This document shows, one piece after another, positions 63,294-64,000 of a stretch of 64,000 nt of DNA. The position numbers and the translations under genes are program-made. The stretch's first letter is position 1. Each line of letters begins with the position of its first letter. The notes beneath the pieces were generated by a model, which saw nothing but the letters and a program-made list of their open reading frames with translations, was not told the DNA's origin and did no database searches. Location: NCBI RefSeq assembly GCF_009914755.1, contig NC_060937.1. The stretch is one strand, 5' to 3'. The stretch is from the human T2T-CHM13v2.0 reference genome, Homo sapiens.

Positions 63294-63930
63294 CCTGAGT
63301 TCAAGTGGACCCCACAGGTTATGGGCTCTGTCCCCCAAGACGGCCTGCTTCAGACACAGCTACAAGTCTCAGGGACCACCTACACTTCTGAGCACCTGCC
63401 ATAAACGTCAGGGAGGGCCCTGTGACTCAGGGTTGACGATTTACTGGAAGGACTCGCGGAACTCAGGAGGTCACTGTGCTGAAGACAAGGGGCTTATGAT
63501 GGTGGGAGCAATGTGATGGGTCCACTGGGAGCCCCCTGTCCCCGTGGAGCTGTCACGTGGCCCTCCTCCAGAACCGTGTATGTGCGGCAGCCAGGATTCG
63601 TGCATCCAGAGTTTCATCAGAGTCTCATCACTGCTTGGGGGTCTCATCACACTATTGGCCAAGAGATTGAGTTCAGTCTCCAGTGTCTCCCTTCTCCCCA
63701 CAGGTCAGAGGTCAGGCTGGGGATGGAAGCTGCAGCCCTGTCCTGGGGTGAGGCCGGCCCCCCCCCAGGAAGCTGTTTGGGGCCCATCTTGAGTCTCCTC
63801 ATTAGCATAAACTCAGGTGTGGTCCACAGGGGCTCTTGGTGAGCAACAGAAACACTCCTGCCATGTGGGAAATTCCAAGGGTCCTGAAGCATGCTGGGCA
63901 CCGGAACAGAGGCCAGGTGTGTTCCTCATT
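63294..63930. mobile_element. MER21-like LTR
   Basis: gaccccacaggtt...ggctctgtcccccaagac...cttcagacacagctacaagt...atttactggaaggactcgcggaactcagga...ctcctcattagcataaactcaggtgtgg...ggaaattccaagggt resembles the recalled MER21. Confidence 0.6.
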
Positions 63931-64000
63931 CCACCACGGAGCCAGGGTCTGACCCAAGTGTTTCTGTTTCCAAAGGTGATCTGCCTTCCTCTGCTCCAGC

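Overview
Primate (almost certainly human) genomic DNA, recognised as the ATP11AUN/ATP11A locus (13q34 in human, from recalled protein sequences). The left part holds two spliced coding exons (17424-17682, 21309-21415) giving the 121-aa ATP11AUN (C13orf35) ORF. A CpG-island promoter at about 27.6-28.9 kb contains the first coding exon of the P4-ATPase flippase ATP11A (MDCSLVRTLVHRY, 28452-28490). The remaining ~35 kb is ATP11A intron 1; no exon 2 was found. The rest is repeats: about 29 Alu/FLAM copies, L1 fragments, a compact full-structure SVA, a full-length dead HSMAR1 mariner split by an Alu, MaLR/ERV1/ERVL solo LTRs and several minisatellites. Almost all long ORFs in the supplied track are artefacts of repeats or GC richness. 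I find no convincing new biological system. The best leads are regulatory or evolutionary: a TE-flanked orphan ORF (SVA upstream, LTR poly(A) signal downstream), two uORFs ahead of the ATP11A ATG, a tandem CACCTG E-box array, a C-rich VNTR with a 145-bp higher-order period, and a nested LTR cluster. Coordinates were read by hand, and repeat boundaries and subfamily calls are approximate.
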